From Tubulanus polymorphus (lineage: Eukaryota > Animalia > Nemertea), in contig NC_134028.1 in NCBI RefSeq assembly GCF_964204645.1, positions 10,726,001 through 10,790,000 of the forward strand: a stretch of 64,000 bases of DNA, written 5' to 3'. A program made the translations under genes and the position numbers. Below are positions 27,079 to 38,517 of this stretch, piece by piece. The notes beneath the pieces are model-generated. The model was not told the origin of the DNA and did no database searches. It worked only from the letters and a program-made list of their open reading frames with translations. Position 1 is the stretch's first letter. Each line of letters opens with the position of its first letter.

Positions 27079-28467
27079 ATGGTAGATGGTTTTCCAAAAG
27101 CTTTCCAATATAATAAATCAATTAAATATAATATTCCAGCAATAGATTTTAATAAAGATATTACATATAGAAATGAAGTTTTAGATTCATTAACTAATTT
27201 AGAAATTTATGTTACTGAAACTAATAATTTTAATGCAAAGATGGAAAATATATTTCATGTATATTTAATTAATTTTAAAAAATTGAAAGATGAAAAACAA
27301 TGGTTATTAAAATCTAATATGAAATATTGGCAGAACCAATTAAATTTTGCTGTTTATTGCGCAACAACAGGTTGTGGAATTAGTTGGAATGATCATTTGA
27401 ATAATTCTAAATATAAATTAATTCAAAGTTTATTTAGATTTCATACATACTTTCAAATCAGAATAATATTAAATGAATTAGAGTGCGCTTTACCAGGATC
27501 TAGATATTTTAAAGAATTAGATAATAATATTAATTTATTGAAGTTTTATAAAATTTGCAATGAATTTAATATAGATATAAATAATTCTGATTTTAGAACA
27601 AAAATTGGAACAATAAGATCACTTCCTTGCCTTAAAAAAATTGTAGAATATTGTGCACTTCCCATACCATCTAATAGCTTTTATAATATCTATAATAATA
27701 AATTAGGTTATGGTAAAATAGAAACAAAGGATTTAGAAACATTAAATTTCAATAAATTACCGAAATTTTATGATCAATCAAAACAAGAAAACAATAATGG
27801 TTGGGTTAATTTCATTTTAGAAAATAATGAAGGTTTTACAAAATCAGGTATACAAAGAATAAATCAATCTATTAGAACTTATTTGATATGTATTCTAGGA
27901 TCACAGGTTGAAACAAGATCCCCAATAATTGGAAATTTAAATACATCATTTGATACACAGAAACAATTCAAAGTATTATTTGAAGATTCAATTCATAATG
28001 ATAAAAATAGATCGATTCCAGAAAACATTGTAAGATATCAAAATTATTTAGATAAATCACATATTAGATTAAATTATTGTATAGGTCCTAATCTATTAAT
28101 TATTTCTAATGATTTAGTTTTAAAGATGGGAAACATAATTGGTTATAATAATCTAATTAAAACTGCAACAATAAATAATTCATTTGGATTAAATGATATA
28201 AATAAAAAGATTATTACTGCTCCAAAATTAATGGAAGGTGAAAAAAATAAAAAACATATTCAATCAACAGAAACTAAAACTAAGAACATTAAATTAAATT
28301 ATGATTCTAAAATGAAAGATTATAATACATCAGAAAATATTAAAACTGATAATATTCAACATGATATAATTAAAACTGATAATGATAATAAATCCCATGA
28401 AAATACTAAATTAGCTTTAACTTGTATAGGAATTGTTATAAGAGGAATATTATATTTTAAATTTTAA
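27079..28467 (+). CDS. Polinton conserved hypothetical protein (462 aa, C-terminal hydrophobic anchor)
   Basis: Intact ORF; internally deleted homolog at ~7004-8010 (-). Confidence 0.75.
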   Translation: MVDGFPKAFQYNKSIKYNIPAIDFNKDITYRNEVLDSLTNLEIYVTETNNFNAKMENIFHVYLINFKKLKDEKQWLLKSNMKYWQNQLNFAVYCATTGCGISWNDHLNNSKYKLIQSLFRFHTYFQIRIILNELECALPGSRYFKELDNNINLLKFYKICNEFNIDINNSDFRTKIGTIRSLPCLKKIVEYCALPIPSNSFYNIYNNKLGYGKIETKDLETLNFNKLPKFYDQSKQENNNGWVNFILENNEGFTKSGIQRINQSIRTYLICILGSQVETRSPIIGNLNTSFDTQKQFKVLFEDSIHNDKNRSIPENIVRYQNYLDKSHIRLNYCIGPNLLIISNDLVLKMGNIIGYNNLIKTATINNSFGLNDINKKIITAPKLMEGEKNKKHIQSTETKTKNIKLNYDSKMKDYNTSENIKTDNIQHDIIKTDNDNKSHENTKLALTCIGIVIRGILYFKF

Positions 28468-30138
28468 TTTTTTTATTATATAAATGGATGTAGAAGGTGG
28501 AGAAGATATTGGAATGGATACTTTTGATGAACCCGGCATAACTGAAGAACAACCGCCTGATTTTAGTGAAACAAGTTTTAATGACGGTAATGAGCCAGAA
28601 TATAATAATAATTTAAATATGCCTGATTATATTAAAAATGCAGAATCACAATTAAATCCTGAAAATTTAGACCCAGATTTAGTAAAACAAGATTTAGATA
28701 ATTTAAACAAAATACCTCAATTAGAACGTATAATTGAAAAGTCTAAACTTAACATAAATGATGAAGACGTTGGACTTTTAGCAGATCAATTAAAATCTTT
28801 AGATAATGGTAAATGGTATTATCATTTGAAAGGTATTTATTATATTGATATCACTTATAAAAATAATAAAAATAAAATATTAACAAAATCAACTTTGAGT
28901 GATTTAGATCCAGATAGAATTAAAAGAATTAGTAATAGTAATGTAATAACTGATGTTATAAAACAAGAATTAACTGGTAATGATATAGACGTATTTAAAC
29001 AAAGAATTAATGAATTATTTGAAATAATCAAAAAGAAATCAGAAACAGAAACAACTTCTGAACAGAATATAACTTTCAAAACTAGTAAACTTAAATCAAA
29101 TAAAGTTCCAATTGAAAAACTTTTACCGAATGGATTAATTGATGCAACAGATCAACAATTAGAAGATTTTAATATATTTTCTGATGAAGCAATTAGAGAA
29201 ATTATTAGTATAAGAAATGAAGCTGATAAAATTACACATAATAAAAGTATAAGAGATTTTAAAATTAGATTTTTAGAAAAGAATTAACTGATAAAAATAA
29301 AGAAATAGAACAATTAAAGTCTGATTTAGATCATCAAGTAATTGATGAAACAGAATATAGGCAAAAAGAATTACGATTAGAAAAAGAAATTAATGATTTA
29401 AAAGATAATTTAGAAGTACAGAAAGAAGAAATTGAATTATTAAAATCATATGATTATAATATTAATAGATTAAAAGTTATTTTTAAAGATTTGTTGATTA
29501 AACCAAATTCTGAAATATCATTAAAAGATAGAATAAAGTTATTATTTGAATTAGAAGGAATAACAATTCTTTTAATTCTAACAGCTGTAACTATGTTATT
29601 TACAACAATTGGTTTAGCAATATCAAATTCTTAGAAATCTACTCCTACTCCCAATAAACCGGATAAACCCCCCGAGTGATAATAATTCTATACAAGATAA
29701 AGTAAAAGATGGTTTAAAGAAGAGGAGGGAATCCCACAATGATAATAAAAAGTCCGAAAATGAAACTTCGAGATAGTAGTTTATTTCAACGTTTCTACTA
29801 TATCCTAATAGTCATCTTCAGGAATAATGAGATACTACAGAAATTATGAGATATATATATACAATCCAGAGACAAAGAGACTAATTCAAGTAATCAGAGA
29901 TGATACAAACTAAAGGAAAATTAACGTAGAAACAGTTACACGCTAAAATAGATTAAAGGGAAGCAAACTAAGGGGTGATTATAAACAACAATAGTGAGTA
30001 TAAATATAAATGAAACTTAAAGTCAGTAGTAAAAAGAAAGACAAACTAAGGGGCACTTAAATTAAAACAAAGGTGAATACAAGTTAAGTCAGAGACGAAA
30101 TTGATGAGAGAACAAATAACAAATAATCAAAGGGGAAA

Positions 30139-31563
30139 TCAAGTGTTGAATTTAACCAGTTTACAGAGGAATTTTGATATAAGTTTATTATGGGGTGAAA
30201 AACCATTGTTAAGGTTTACAACGTTGTTCGAATTTTCAATAATTAATGCAGATTCCAAAATATGTCTTCTAGTTTTATCGCTGCAAGGGTAAACTAATTC
30301 AGCATTAGCAAAATCAAAATTGTGTGAAGTCTGAAAAACATGACTAGCAACTCCGCTTTCAGGTTTAAAGTTTTTTACATCTAATTTATGCTCTTTTATG
30401 CGTTGATTAAGATTCCGACCTGTTTCTCCTATATATACTTTGTCGCAAACTTTACAAGGTATTTTATAAATTCCACAGTTTAGGGATTCGGTTTTCGGTT
30501 TGTTGTTAATCAATATGTTACTAAGTTTATTATTGTATTTAAAGATAAGTTGTTTATTTAGTGACCGAAGAGAAACTTTAGAATTCTCGAGGAAAGGTAC
30601 ATACGGTACAATGATAGGCTGTTTATCGGTAGCCAACGTAGGAGTTCTAAGGTTGTTATTTCTAAAATGCGTAGTACGAGCTTTAAGTAGAGCTTTTTTC
30701 AATAGGAAATCGGGGTAGGCAAGTTTTTTGAGAGATTGGTTAATATGGTGAATCTCATCGGGTAGAAATGAGGGGTCGCAAATTCTCAAAGCGCGAAGAA
30801 ATAATCCTTGAGCTAAACCGAGTTTAATATCCGGAGAAGTAAAAGAGAAGTAATGGAGGTAGGATTCAGCGTTGGTAGGTTTCCTATAAACCGCGAATTT
30901 CAAAAAGGATCCACAGTTAAAAATCAAAACATCCAGAAAAGGTATTTTACTATTAGATTCCCATTCATACGTAAAAGCCAGAGACGGGTAAAGGGAGTTT
31001 AAATATATAAGAAAGTTATCAACATTGAAGTCAAAGGGAACCAAAGCCAGAACATCGTCAACATATCTGAGCCAGATTTTAGGGTGAATATCAGTGTAAA
31101 GAGGCAATATTTCAGATTCAACATGTTCTAGGAATAAATTAGCTAGAATAGGACTAAGAGGATTTCCCATAGCGATACCGAATGTCTGTTCGTAAAAACA
31201 ATTGTTGAATTCAAAAAAGGAGTCCGTCGTACAAATAGAGATAAGGTCGATGATACAATCCGTAGGAATGCCGAAGTTAATGTTAAGTGATGGTAATCTG
31301 CGTTTTAAGAAATCAAGAGTAGGTCCAAGAGGAACATTGGTAAAAAGGGAAGTAACATCAAATGATATGAATTTGTCGTTGCCAGGGATAATATTCTTAA
31401 TACGTTCAAGTAAGTGTTGATTATGGCGAAGGTGCGACGGAGAGAACGAACCGAGCACCGGAGATAACTGTTTCGCGAGAAATTTAGATAACCGGTATGT
31501 AGGAGAATTACAATTGGAGACTATAGGGCGCAGTGGAACATTATCTTTATGAATTTTAGGCAA
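30139..31563 (-). CDS. Inverted partial duplicate of the Penelope RT/GIY-YIG ORF
   Basis: Near-identical to the C-terminal 474 aa of 31935-33908 (about 4 aa differences). Confidence 0.9.
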   Translation of the reverse strand: MPKIHKDNVPLRPIVSNCNSPTYRLSKFLAKQLSPVLGSFSPSHLRHNQHLLERIKNIIPGNDKFISFDVTSLFTNVPLGPTLDFLKRRLPSLNINFGIPTDCIIDLISICTTDSFFEFNNCFYEQTFGIAMGNPLSPILANLFLEHVESEILPLYTDIHPKIWLRYVDDVLALVPFDFNVDNFLIYLNSLYPSLAFTYEWESNSKIPFLDVLIFNCGSFLKFAVYRKPTNAESYLHYFSFTSPDIKLGLAQGLFLRALRICDPSFLPDEIHHINQSLKKLAYPDFLLKKALLKARTTHFRNNNLRTPTLATDKQPIIVPYVPFLENSKVSLRSLNKQLIFKYNNKLSNILINNKPKTESLNCGIYKIPCKVCDKVYIGETGRNLNQRIKEHKLDVKNFKPESGVASHVFQTSHNFDFANAELVYPCSDKTRRHILESALIIENSNNVVNLNNGFSPHNKLISKFLCKLVKFNT

Positions 31564-31934
31564 TCCATAGATATTATGATATACGTGGTTGAAGACAAAT
31601 TTACTATGTTTTCGGTGTTGCTAAATCTAGTCCAAGGGCTGGAATCAATGAGTTTATTCAGTTGGTTGGTAAGATCCACGGACTTTCTGTGCTGATGATA
31701 TTTTCCAGAGCCTTGAACAATAGTGGAGAGCGATTTCCAGAGGAATAGGTCCGGTACGTGTGACTTCAAATAATTTTGAGATTGACGGAATTTGTAGAAC
31801 TGATAGTTACAGTCTTCCTTAGCACGATCTATAGCGAATTTGAGTTGCTTGTTAGCTTCGGGTGGAAACGCAGAGCTGGATTCGATTTAAGTTTCTTATA
31901 AACACCAGGATTATCCAAGAGAGATTGAATTTTA

Positions 31935-33908
31935 ATGTATTGCATTTTAATGTATTGCATTTTAATTTACATAGTAAATTTGTCTTCAACCACGTTATCT
32001 TCTACTCAGTGTCAACTTCTCGGCTACGGTTTGAATTTTTCTCTTCCTCATCAAGATAAACATGTTTTAGACTTTGTCACCCAATTGGAATATCGCAAAT
32101 CATCTCCGAACAGTTTGGACTATAACTTTATATTCATGAATCTACAGGCTATATGCGATCAACTCAACAAGAACCTTTTTGAATATCTACCTCGTCGATT
32201 TCGGCTCGCCCTCCAAGAACTACGGAAGTTAAAGACTATTAAAATATCTAAGGCTGACAAAGGTGGCAAGATTGTGATTTTAGATCTGGATAATTATAAT
32301 GTTAAAATGCAATCTCTCTTGGATAATCCTGGTGTTTATAAGAAACTTAAATCGAATCCTCTTCCTCGTATGCAAGCTAATTTCAACAGAAGTCTTTCGG
32401 ATATTATTAAACGTTTCCCCTCCGCTAAAGAAACTCTGAATAAGTTCCATTCACGTCTTCCCTCTTTACCATATATCTATGGATTGCCTAAAATTCATAA
32501 AGATAATGTTCCACTGCGCCCTATAGTCTCCAATTGTAATTCTCCTACATACCGGTTATCTAAATTTCTCGCGAAACAGTTATCTCCGGTGCTCGGTTCG
32601 TTCTCTCCGTCGCACCTTCGCCATAATCAACACTTACTTGAACGTATTAAGAATATTATCCCTGGCAACGACAAATTTATATCATTTGATGTTACTTCCC
32701 TTTTTACCATTGTTCCTCTTGGACCTACTCTTGATTTCTTAAAACGCAGATTACCATCACTTAACATTAACTTCGGCATTCCTACGGATTGTATCATCGA
32801 CCTTATCTCTATTTGTACGACGGACTCCTTTTTTGAATTCAACAATTATTTTTACGAACAGACATTCGGTATCGCTATGGGAAATCCTCTTAGTCCTATT
32901 CTAGCTAATTTATTCCTAGAACATGTTGAATCTGGAATATTGCCTCTTTACACTGATATTCACCCTAAAATCTGGCTCAGATATGTTGACGATGTTCTGG
33001 CTTTGGTTCCCTTCGACTTCAATGTTGATAACTTTCTTATATATTTAAACTCCCTTTACCCGTCTCTGGCTTTTACGTATGAATGGGAATCTAATAGTAA
33101 AATACCTTTTCTGGATGTTTTGATTTTTAACTGTGGATCCTTTTTGAAATTCGCGGTTTATAGGAAACCTACCAACGCTGAATCCTACCTCCATTACTTC
33201 TCTTTTACTTCTCCGGATATTAAACTCGGTTTAGCTCAAGGATTATTTCTTCGCGCTTTGAGAATTTGCGACCCCTCATTTCTACCCGATGAAATTCACC
33301 ATATTAACCAATCTCTCAAAAAACTTGCCTACCCCGATTTCCTATTGAAAAAAGCTCTACTTAAAGCTCGTACTACGCATTTTAGAAATAACAACCTTAG
33401 AACTCCTACGTTGGCTACCGATAAACAGCCTATCATTGTACCGTATGTACCTTTCCTCGAGAATTCTAAAGTTTCTCTTCGGTCACTAAATAAACAACTT
33501 ATCTTTAAATACAATAATAAACTTAGTAACATATTGATTAACAACAAACCGAAAACCGAATCCCTAAACTGTGGAATTTATAAAATACCTTGTAAAGTTT
33601 GCGACAAAGTATATATAGGAGAAACAGGTCGGAATCTTAATCAACGCATAAAAGAGCATAAATTAGATGTAAAAAACTTTAAACCTGAAAGCGGAGTTGC
33701 TAGTCATGTTTTTCAGACTTCACACAATTTTGATTTTGCTAATGCTGAATTAGTTTACCCTTGCAGCGATAAAACTAGAAGACATATTTTGGAATCTGCA
33801 TTAATTATTGAAAATTCGAACAACGTTGTAAACCTTAACAATGGTTTTTCACCCCATAATAAACTTATATCAAAATTCCTCTGTAAACTGGTTAAACTCA
33901 ACACTTGA
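31935..33908 (+). CDS. Penelope RT + GIY-YIG endonuclease (5'-truncated)
   Basis: KADKG, YGLPKIHK..PLRPIVS, SFDVTSLFT, GIAMGNPLSP, RYVDD, GIYKIPC..C..YIGETGR. Confidence 0.95.
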   Translation: MYCILMYCILIYIVNLSSTTLSSTQCQLLGYGLNFSLPHQDKHVLDFVTQLEYRKSSPNSLDYNFIFMNLQAICDQLNKNLFEYLPRRFRLALQELRKLKTIKISKADKGGKIVILDLDNYNVKMQSLLDNPGVYKKLKSNPLPRMQANFNRSLSDIIKRFPSAKETLNKFHSRLPSLPYIYGLPKIHKDNVPLRPIVSNCNSPTYRLSKFLAKQLSPVLGSFSPSHLRHNQHLLERIKNIIPGNDKFISFDVTSLFTIVPLGPTLDFLKRRLPSLNINFGIPTDCIIDLISICTTDSFFEFNNYFYEQTFGIAMGNPLSPILANLFLEHVESGILPLYTDIHPKIWLRYVDDVLALVPFDFNVDNFLIYLNSLYPSLAFTYEWESNSKIPFLDVLIFNCGSFLKFAVYRKPTNAESYLHYFSFTSPDIKLGLAQGLFLRALRICDPSFLPDEIHHINQSLKKLAYPDFLLKKALLKARTTHFRNNNLRTPTLATDKQPIIVPYVPFLENSKVSLRSLNKQLIFKYNNKLSNILINNKPKTESLNCGIYKIPCKVCDKVYIGETGRNLNQRIKEHKLDVKNFKPESGVASHVFQTSHNFDFANAELVYPCSDKTRRHILESALIIENSNNVVNLNNGFSPHNKLISKFLCKLVKLNT

Positions 33909-34217
33909 TTTCCCCTTTGATTATTTGTTATTTGTTCTCTCATCAATTTCGTCTCTGACTTAACTTGTATTCACCTTTGTTTTAATTTAAGTGCCCCTTA
34001 GTTTGTCTTTCTTTTTACTACTGACTTTAAGTTTCATTTATATTTATACTCACTATTGTTGTTTATAATCACCCCTTAGTTTGCTTCCCTTTAATCTATT
34101 TTAGCGTGTAACTGTTTCTACGTTAATTTTCCTTTAGTTTGTATCATCTCTGATTACTTGAATTAGTCTCTTTGTCTCTGGATTGTATATATATCTCATA
34201 ATTTCTGTAGTATCTCA

Positions 34218-34265
34218 TTATTCCTGAAGATGACTATTAGGATATAGTCGAAACGTTGAAATAAA
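34218..34265 (+). ncRNA. Minimal hammerhead ribozyme motif in Penelope pLTR
   Basis: CTGAAGA (34224-34230), stem II GACTAT/ATAGTC, GAAAC with palindromic AACGTT stem III; inverted copy at ~29780-29827. Confidence 0.75.
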
Positions 34266-34606
34266 CTACTATCTCGAAGTTTCATTTTCGGACTTTTTAT
34301 TATCATTGTGGGATTCCCTCCTCATCGCGTCAACACGGATATTGTGTTCTACCTATCGTGATGGTTTAAAGAAATTAGCAAAATATTTATGGGAACTATC
34401 TAAAAGATCTGCTGCAGCTTTACTAGGAATTATTGCATCAATTGTTGGTTTTCTGCAGGTAATATTCTTAACTTTGCTGCTGAACATATTATTTTATTTT
34501 TAATTACAGTTGTAAGTGCTATTATTTTTGGGTTAGTGAATATGATATCAAAAAGATATCAAGAAAAAATGATAAAAAATAAATAATTAATTTTTTTGTT
34601 AAATAA

Positions 34607-35856
34607 ATGAGTGGGAGTTATATAAGTCCTTCTAAGATTTCTAGAATATCTAATGCTATTAAAGCAGAAAGATCACATCATATAATTACTCATAATCCTT
34701 CAAATATTAATCCCGATGAAACTTTATATGTTAGAATTCCTAGATTAACACAAAATACTTTTTATGTTCCAAATAGTATTTATTTATCAGCCGATATAAA
34801 AGTAACTGGTCATGATAATAATTATGTTGTCGATAATGTTGGGAGATATTTGATTAAAAAATTAACTACAAAGATTTGTCCAGAAACAGTTTTCTCATTA
34901 GATGATTATAATTTATTAATGCATTATAAAGATTTATGGTTAACTAAAGAAAATAGAAATAATATGATATTTCAAGGCATTCAATCGGAAAACCATAATA
35001 AATTAAGATCAGGAGGTAATGACGCAATAGTAACTCGTGCCGCAGATAATTTGATTAAAAAGATTTATGGAAGCAAATATAAAATTCCATTAGACTTTGA
35101 ATTGATAAATAATAATGCACCTTTATATAAATATGTAATTCAAGAAGATGTTATATTTGAGATGTTTGCTCCTGTAAATGAAATTGTATTATCTAGCGTT
35201 GTTAAAGATATGGGTTATAAATTATCGAATATATGTTTAGAATATAACACAGTAACTAATGAAAATATTGCTAACACAATTCAAACTCAATACAATCAAG
35301 GATTTTCATTATTATATGATTATATTGATAAATTTAAAACTGTAACTATTAATGCAAATGATGAGATAATTAATGAGAATATTAACTTCCCAAGAAGATC
35401 TATTAAAAGTATATTAATATTTCTTACCATTGCAACATATTCTAATGGCGCAATAAAGGTAGATAATTATTATAATCCTAAAATAACAAAAGTAGAAATA
35501 ACTATAGCAAAGGAATAGCAAATAAAATATTTTGTCAAGGAATGAGAATGATAGATCAATGGCCAGAAATTAGAAAACATTTTATGAATGAAAAAGTGAA
35601 ATCATCTGAAAATTGTAATATTAATCAAATTGATTATTATTATACCGGTAATAAATATGCATTATGGTTAGATTTTAGAACAACAGAGGATAATTCATTA
35701 CATGGTTCTGGGAAAAAACTACAGAACACTAAAGATGGAATACAATTATTCATGGCAAAGAAAAGAGGAGACAAAAATTTCAAAATGCACATTTATATTA
35801 TATCTGACGCACAATTAAATATTGTAAATTCACAATTAGATAGTATTCAATATTAG
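34607..35856 (+). pseudogene. Major capsid protein (double jelly-roll, inferred), premature stop near 35518
   Basis: ~410-aa beta-rich product located between the structural cluster and integrase; homolog at 4951-6199 (-). Confidence 0.7.
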
Positions 35857-36062
35857 AAATATAAAGTTAAAATTAAGGATATATAAATAGGCGGTATTAA
35901 ACTCCTAGTACTAAAGAACAATATTTAAGAAATTTATATTACAACCCTGAGAGTTCGGTTGCTTATTCTTCTGCCAAAAATATGTGGCGTCAAGTATAAC
36001 AAGATAAATTAGATAAGATAATCCCACAAAATTTAGTTAAATATAAAGATATAAATGAATTT

Positions 36063-37013
36063 ATGTTAGAACAACCAACATACACAACACATAAAAAAAT
36101 TGTTAGAAAATATAAAACTCGTAAAACTATGGTACGTTATGTAGATCAACAGTGGCGAGGAGATTTAATTGATATGAAAAGTGTTAAGAAAGATAATGAT
36201 GATTATTGGTGGATATTGAATATAATTGATATTTTCAGTCGTTATGTATGGAGCTTCCCACTTTACCGAAAAGATGCTGTACAAACATCAAATGTTTTAA
36301 GAAAATTTCTTTCGGATGATAAACTAAAACCAGAAAAAATACAATTTGATGATGGAAAAGAATTTGATAATTCACTTGTTCATGAACTCTTAGACAATCA
36401 TAATATTAAATATTTTTCAACAAAATCGGATAAAAAAGCGGCAGTTGTTGAACGATTTAATAAAACATTAAGAACAAGAATGTGGAAATATTTTACAGCA
36501 AATAATACTTTTAAATGGATTGATGTTTTACCAAAATTGATAGAAGGATATAATAATTCTTATCATTCTTCTATTGGAATGAAACCTATTGATGCTAGAA
36601 AACCTGAAAATGCTGAAATTGTTTGGAATAATTTATATGGAGCATTTCTTGTAGATGATTTTGGTGAACCTAAATTTAAAGTTGGTCAAAATGTTAGAAT
36701 TTCTAAGTATAAAAAGATATTTGATAAAGGATACGATCGAAATTTTACTAGGGAAATATATAAAATAAAAAAGGTAATAACAACAAAACCATATGTCTAT
36801 AAATTAGAAGATTTAGATGGTGAAGAAGTTGATGGCTACTTTTACGAAGAAGAATTAAGTTTAACTACAGAAAATCTAGAACAAGAATATAAAATTGAAA
36901 AAGTATTAAAAACAAAAACTATTAAAAGAAAAAAATATTCTTTAGTAAAATGGGTTGGGTGGCCAGATGAATTCAATGAATGGATATTATCAAGTAAAAT
37001 TAAAAGTATATAA
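36063..37013 (+). CDS. Retroviral-like (RVE) integrase with C-terminal chromodomain (true 5' end ~35887 mutated)
   Basis: WRGDLIDM, IDIFSRY, QFDDGKEF, VERFNKTL (DDE); YKIEKVL..LVKWVGWPDEFNEWI (chromo). Confidence 0.93.
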   Translation: MLEQPTYTTHKKIVRKYKTRKTMVRYVDQQWRGDLIDMKSVKKDNDDYWWILNIIDIFSRYVWSFPLYRKDAVQTSNVLRKFLSDDKLKPEKIQFDDGKEFDNSLVHELLDNHNIKYFSTKSDKKAAVVERFNKTLRTRMWKYFTANNTFKWIDVLPKLIEGYNNSYHSSIGMKPIDARKPENAEIVWNNLYGAFLVDDFGEPKFKVGQNVRISKYKKIFDKGYDRNFTREIYKIKKVITTKPYVYKLEDLDGEEVDGYFYEEELSLTTENLEQEYKIEKVLKTKTIKRKKYSLVKWVGWPDEFNEWILSSKIKSI

Positions 37014-37621
37014 TGAATAAGGAATTATTTATATTTGAGCCTCATAATATGTTAATTTCTGGTGTAACAAATTGTGAAAAAACTTATTTTATATTAAATT
37101 TATTAGAAACTGTTTATAAAAACTATTTTGATAATATAGTATTATTTTGTCCAACATATGAATTTAATCAAACTTATGACAGAAATATTACTAGAAATAA
37201 TAAATTTATTATATTAGATCCTAAAACAGTAAAAGAAAATTTAGATAATTGTATTAAAATAGCAATTGATATTTCTAAAGAATCAATTACATTATTCATT
37301 ATAGATGATTGTGCTAATCTACATGATTCAAAAGTTAGAGAAAGTGAGTTATGCTATTTAGCTTTCTCTGGGAGACATTTTGGGATAACAACATGGGTTT
37401 TAAATCAAAAATATAATTCAATTGTTAAAGACTTTAGAGAAAACATTAGATTTCTAGTTTTATTCTACAATAAAGACAGAAAATCGATGAAAAATGCACT
37501 TGAGGAAAATGATATTATTCCACATGATTTACAAAATGAATGTATGGATAAATTGAAAAATAATAAAAGATCAAAATTACTATTTAGATTACAACACCCA
37601 TTTAAATATGAATTTATTTAA
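37013..37621 (+). CDS. A32/FtsK-like DNA packaging ATPase
   Basis: ISGVTNCEKT (variant Walker A), LFIIDD (Walker B), SGRH.GIT.WVL.Q. Confidence 0.88.
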   Translation: MNKELFIFEPHNMLISGVTNCEKTYFILNLLETVYKNYFDNIVLFCPTYEFNQTYDRNITRNNKFIILDPKTVKENLDNCIKIAIDISKESITLFIIDDCANLHDSKVRESELCYLAFSGRHFGITTWVLNQKYNSIVKDFRENIRFLVLFYNKDRKSMKNALEENDIIPHDLQNECMDKLKNNKRSKLLFRLQHPFKYEFI

Positions 37622-37900
37622 ATTCAACTGACTTGTTAATCTAGGTGAATTCTAGTAACATTCTAGTTGAATTCTAGTTATTAGTAGTTGAAACAAAAAT
37701 CAAATAAAATTCAACCATATTTTAACTAGCTTGTTAATCTAGTATATTTTTAGTTACATTCTAGCTGAATTCTAGTTATTAGTAGTTGAAACAAAAATCA
37801 ACTAGATTTAACAAGAAATAAATAAAAACAACAATATTTCAACTAGCTTGTTAATCTAGTTGAATTCTAGTTACATTCTAGTTGAATTCTAGTTGCAACA
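37622..37900. repeat. Intergenic array of CTAGTT/GAATTC-rich 11-12-bp repeats
   Basis: Repeated TTCTAGTTGAA/TTCTAGTTACA units; also present at ~300-490 in the left copy. Confidence 0.7.
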
Positions 37901-37926
37901 ACACAACTAATTTGTTTGTTATATAA

Positions 37927-38517
37927 ATGGGAGGTGAAAAGAAAATAAAATCTAAAAATGGTGATGTTCCAATTGAAAAAACTTTAGATGATTTAGGAAT
38001 AACAGAAACAAAATTAATTCCAGATGATGGTGCTTTAATTAATGTTACAACAAATAATAATTATGAATATTATCTTTATTGTAAACATCAATTAGAAATA
38101 TTAATAGCATCTGGAAAATGTAAAAATTTTATCGGTAAAAATTTAACTTATAATGAATTAGATACAATGAAATCAGATGAAATTATTCGATTATTTAAGA
38201 TTGATGAAACCGCGAGAACAGCTAGAATTAATGACGCGATATCAGAAAATGTAGTAAAAGGTTATAGTAAATTATGTAATTATATGCTGCCAATTCAAGA
38301 TGAAAATAGATTATATGCTGATTTAAAAAATGATTATTTAGTTATGATCGAATTAAATAAATGGATTGGATATTTATCATTTCAATTAGGTGGATTTATG
38401 ACATTATTATCAACTGGAGTTATAACATTTTTAAATATTGAAAGTAAAAATATTTCTATAATAAATGAACAAGGTGGAAGAAGTGAAGAAAAAACCGAGA
38501 TCACAGAAACAAATTGA
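37927..38517 (+). CDS. Polinton hypothetical protein (196 aa)
   Basis: TAAATG start; homolog at 136-283 (-) truncated by Penelope. Confidence 0.65.
   Translation: MGGEKKIKSKNGDVPIEKTLDDLGITETKLIPDDGALINVTTNNNYEYYLYCKHQLEILIASGKCKNFIGKNLTYNELDTMKSDEIIRLFKIDETARTARINDAISENVVKGYSKLCNYMLPIQDENRLYADLKNDYLVMIELNKWIGYLSFQLGGFMTLLSTGVITFLNIESKNISIINEQGGRSEEKTEITETN

Larger units (their letters stand above)
29722..34359 (+). mobile_element. Penelope-like retroelement with inverted 5' duplicate, pLTR and 36-nt 3' tail
   Basis: 14-bp TSD GATGGTTTAAAGAA (29708-29721; 34360-34373). ~1.85-kb inverted repeat 29722-31572 vs 32474-34323. Tail 34324-34359. Confidence 0.92.
28484..34550 (+). pseudogene. Polinton acidic/coiled-coil protein with C-terminal transmembrane segments, split by the Penelope insertion
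   Basis: ORF 28484-29287 continues frameshifted to 29721 and resumes at 34360; homolog at ~6230-6986 (-). Confidence 0.6.
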
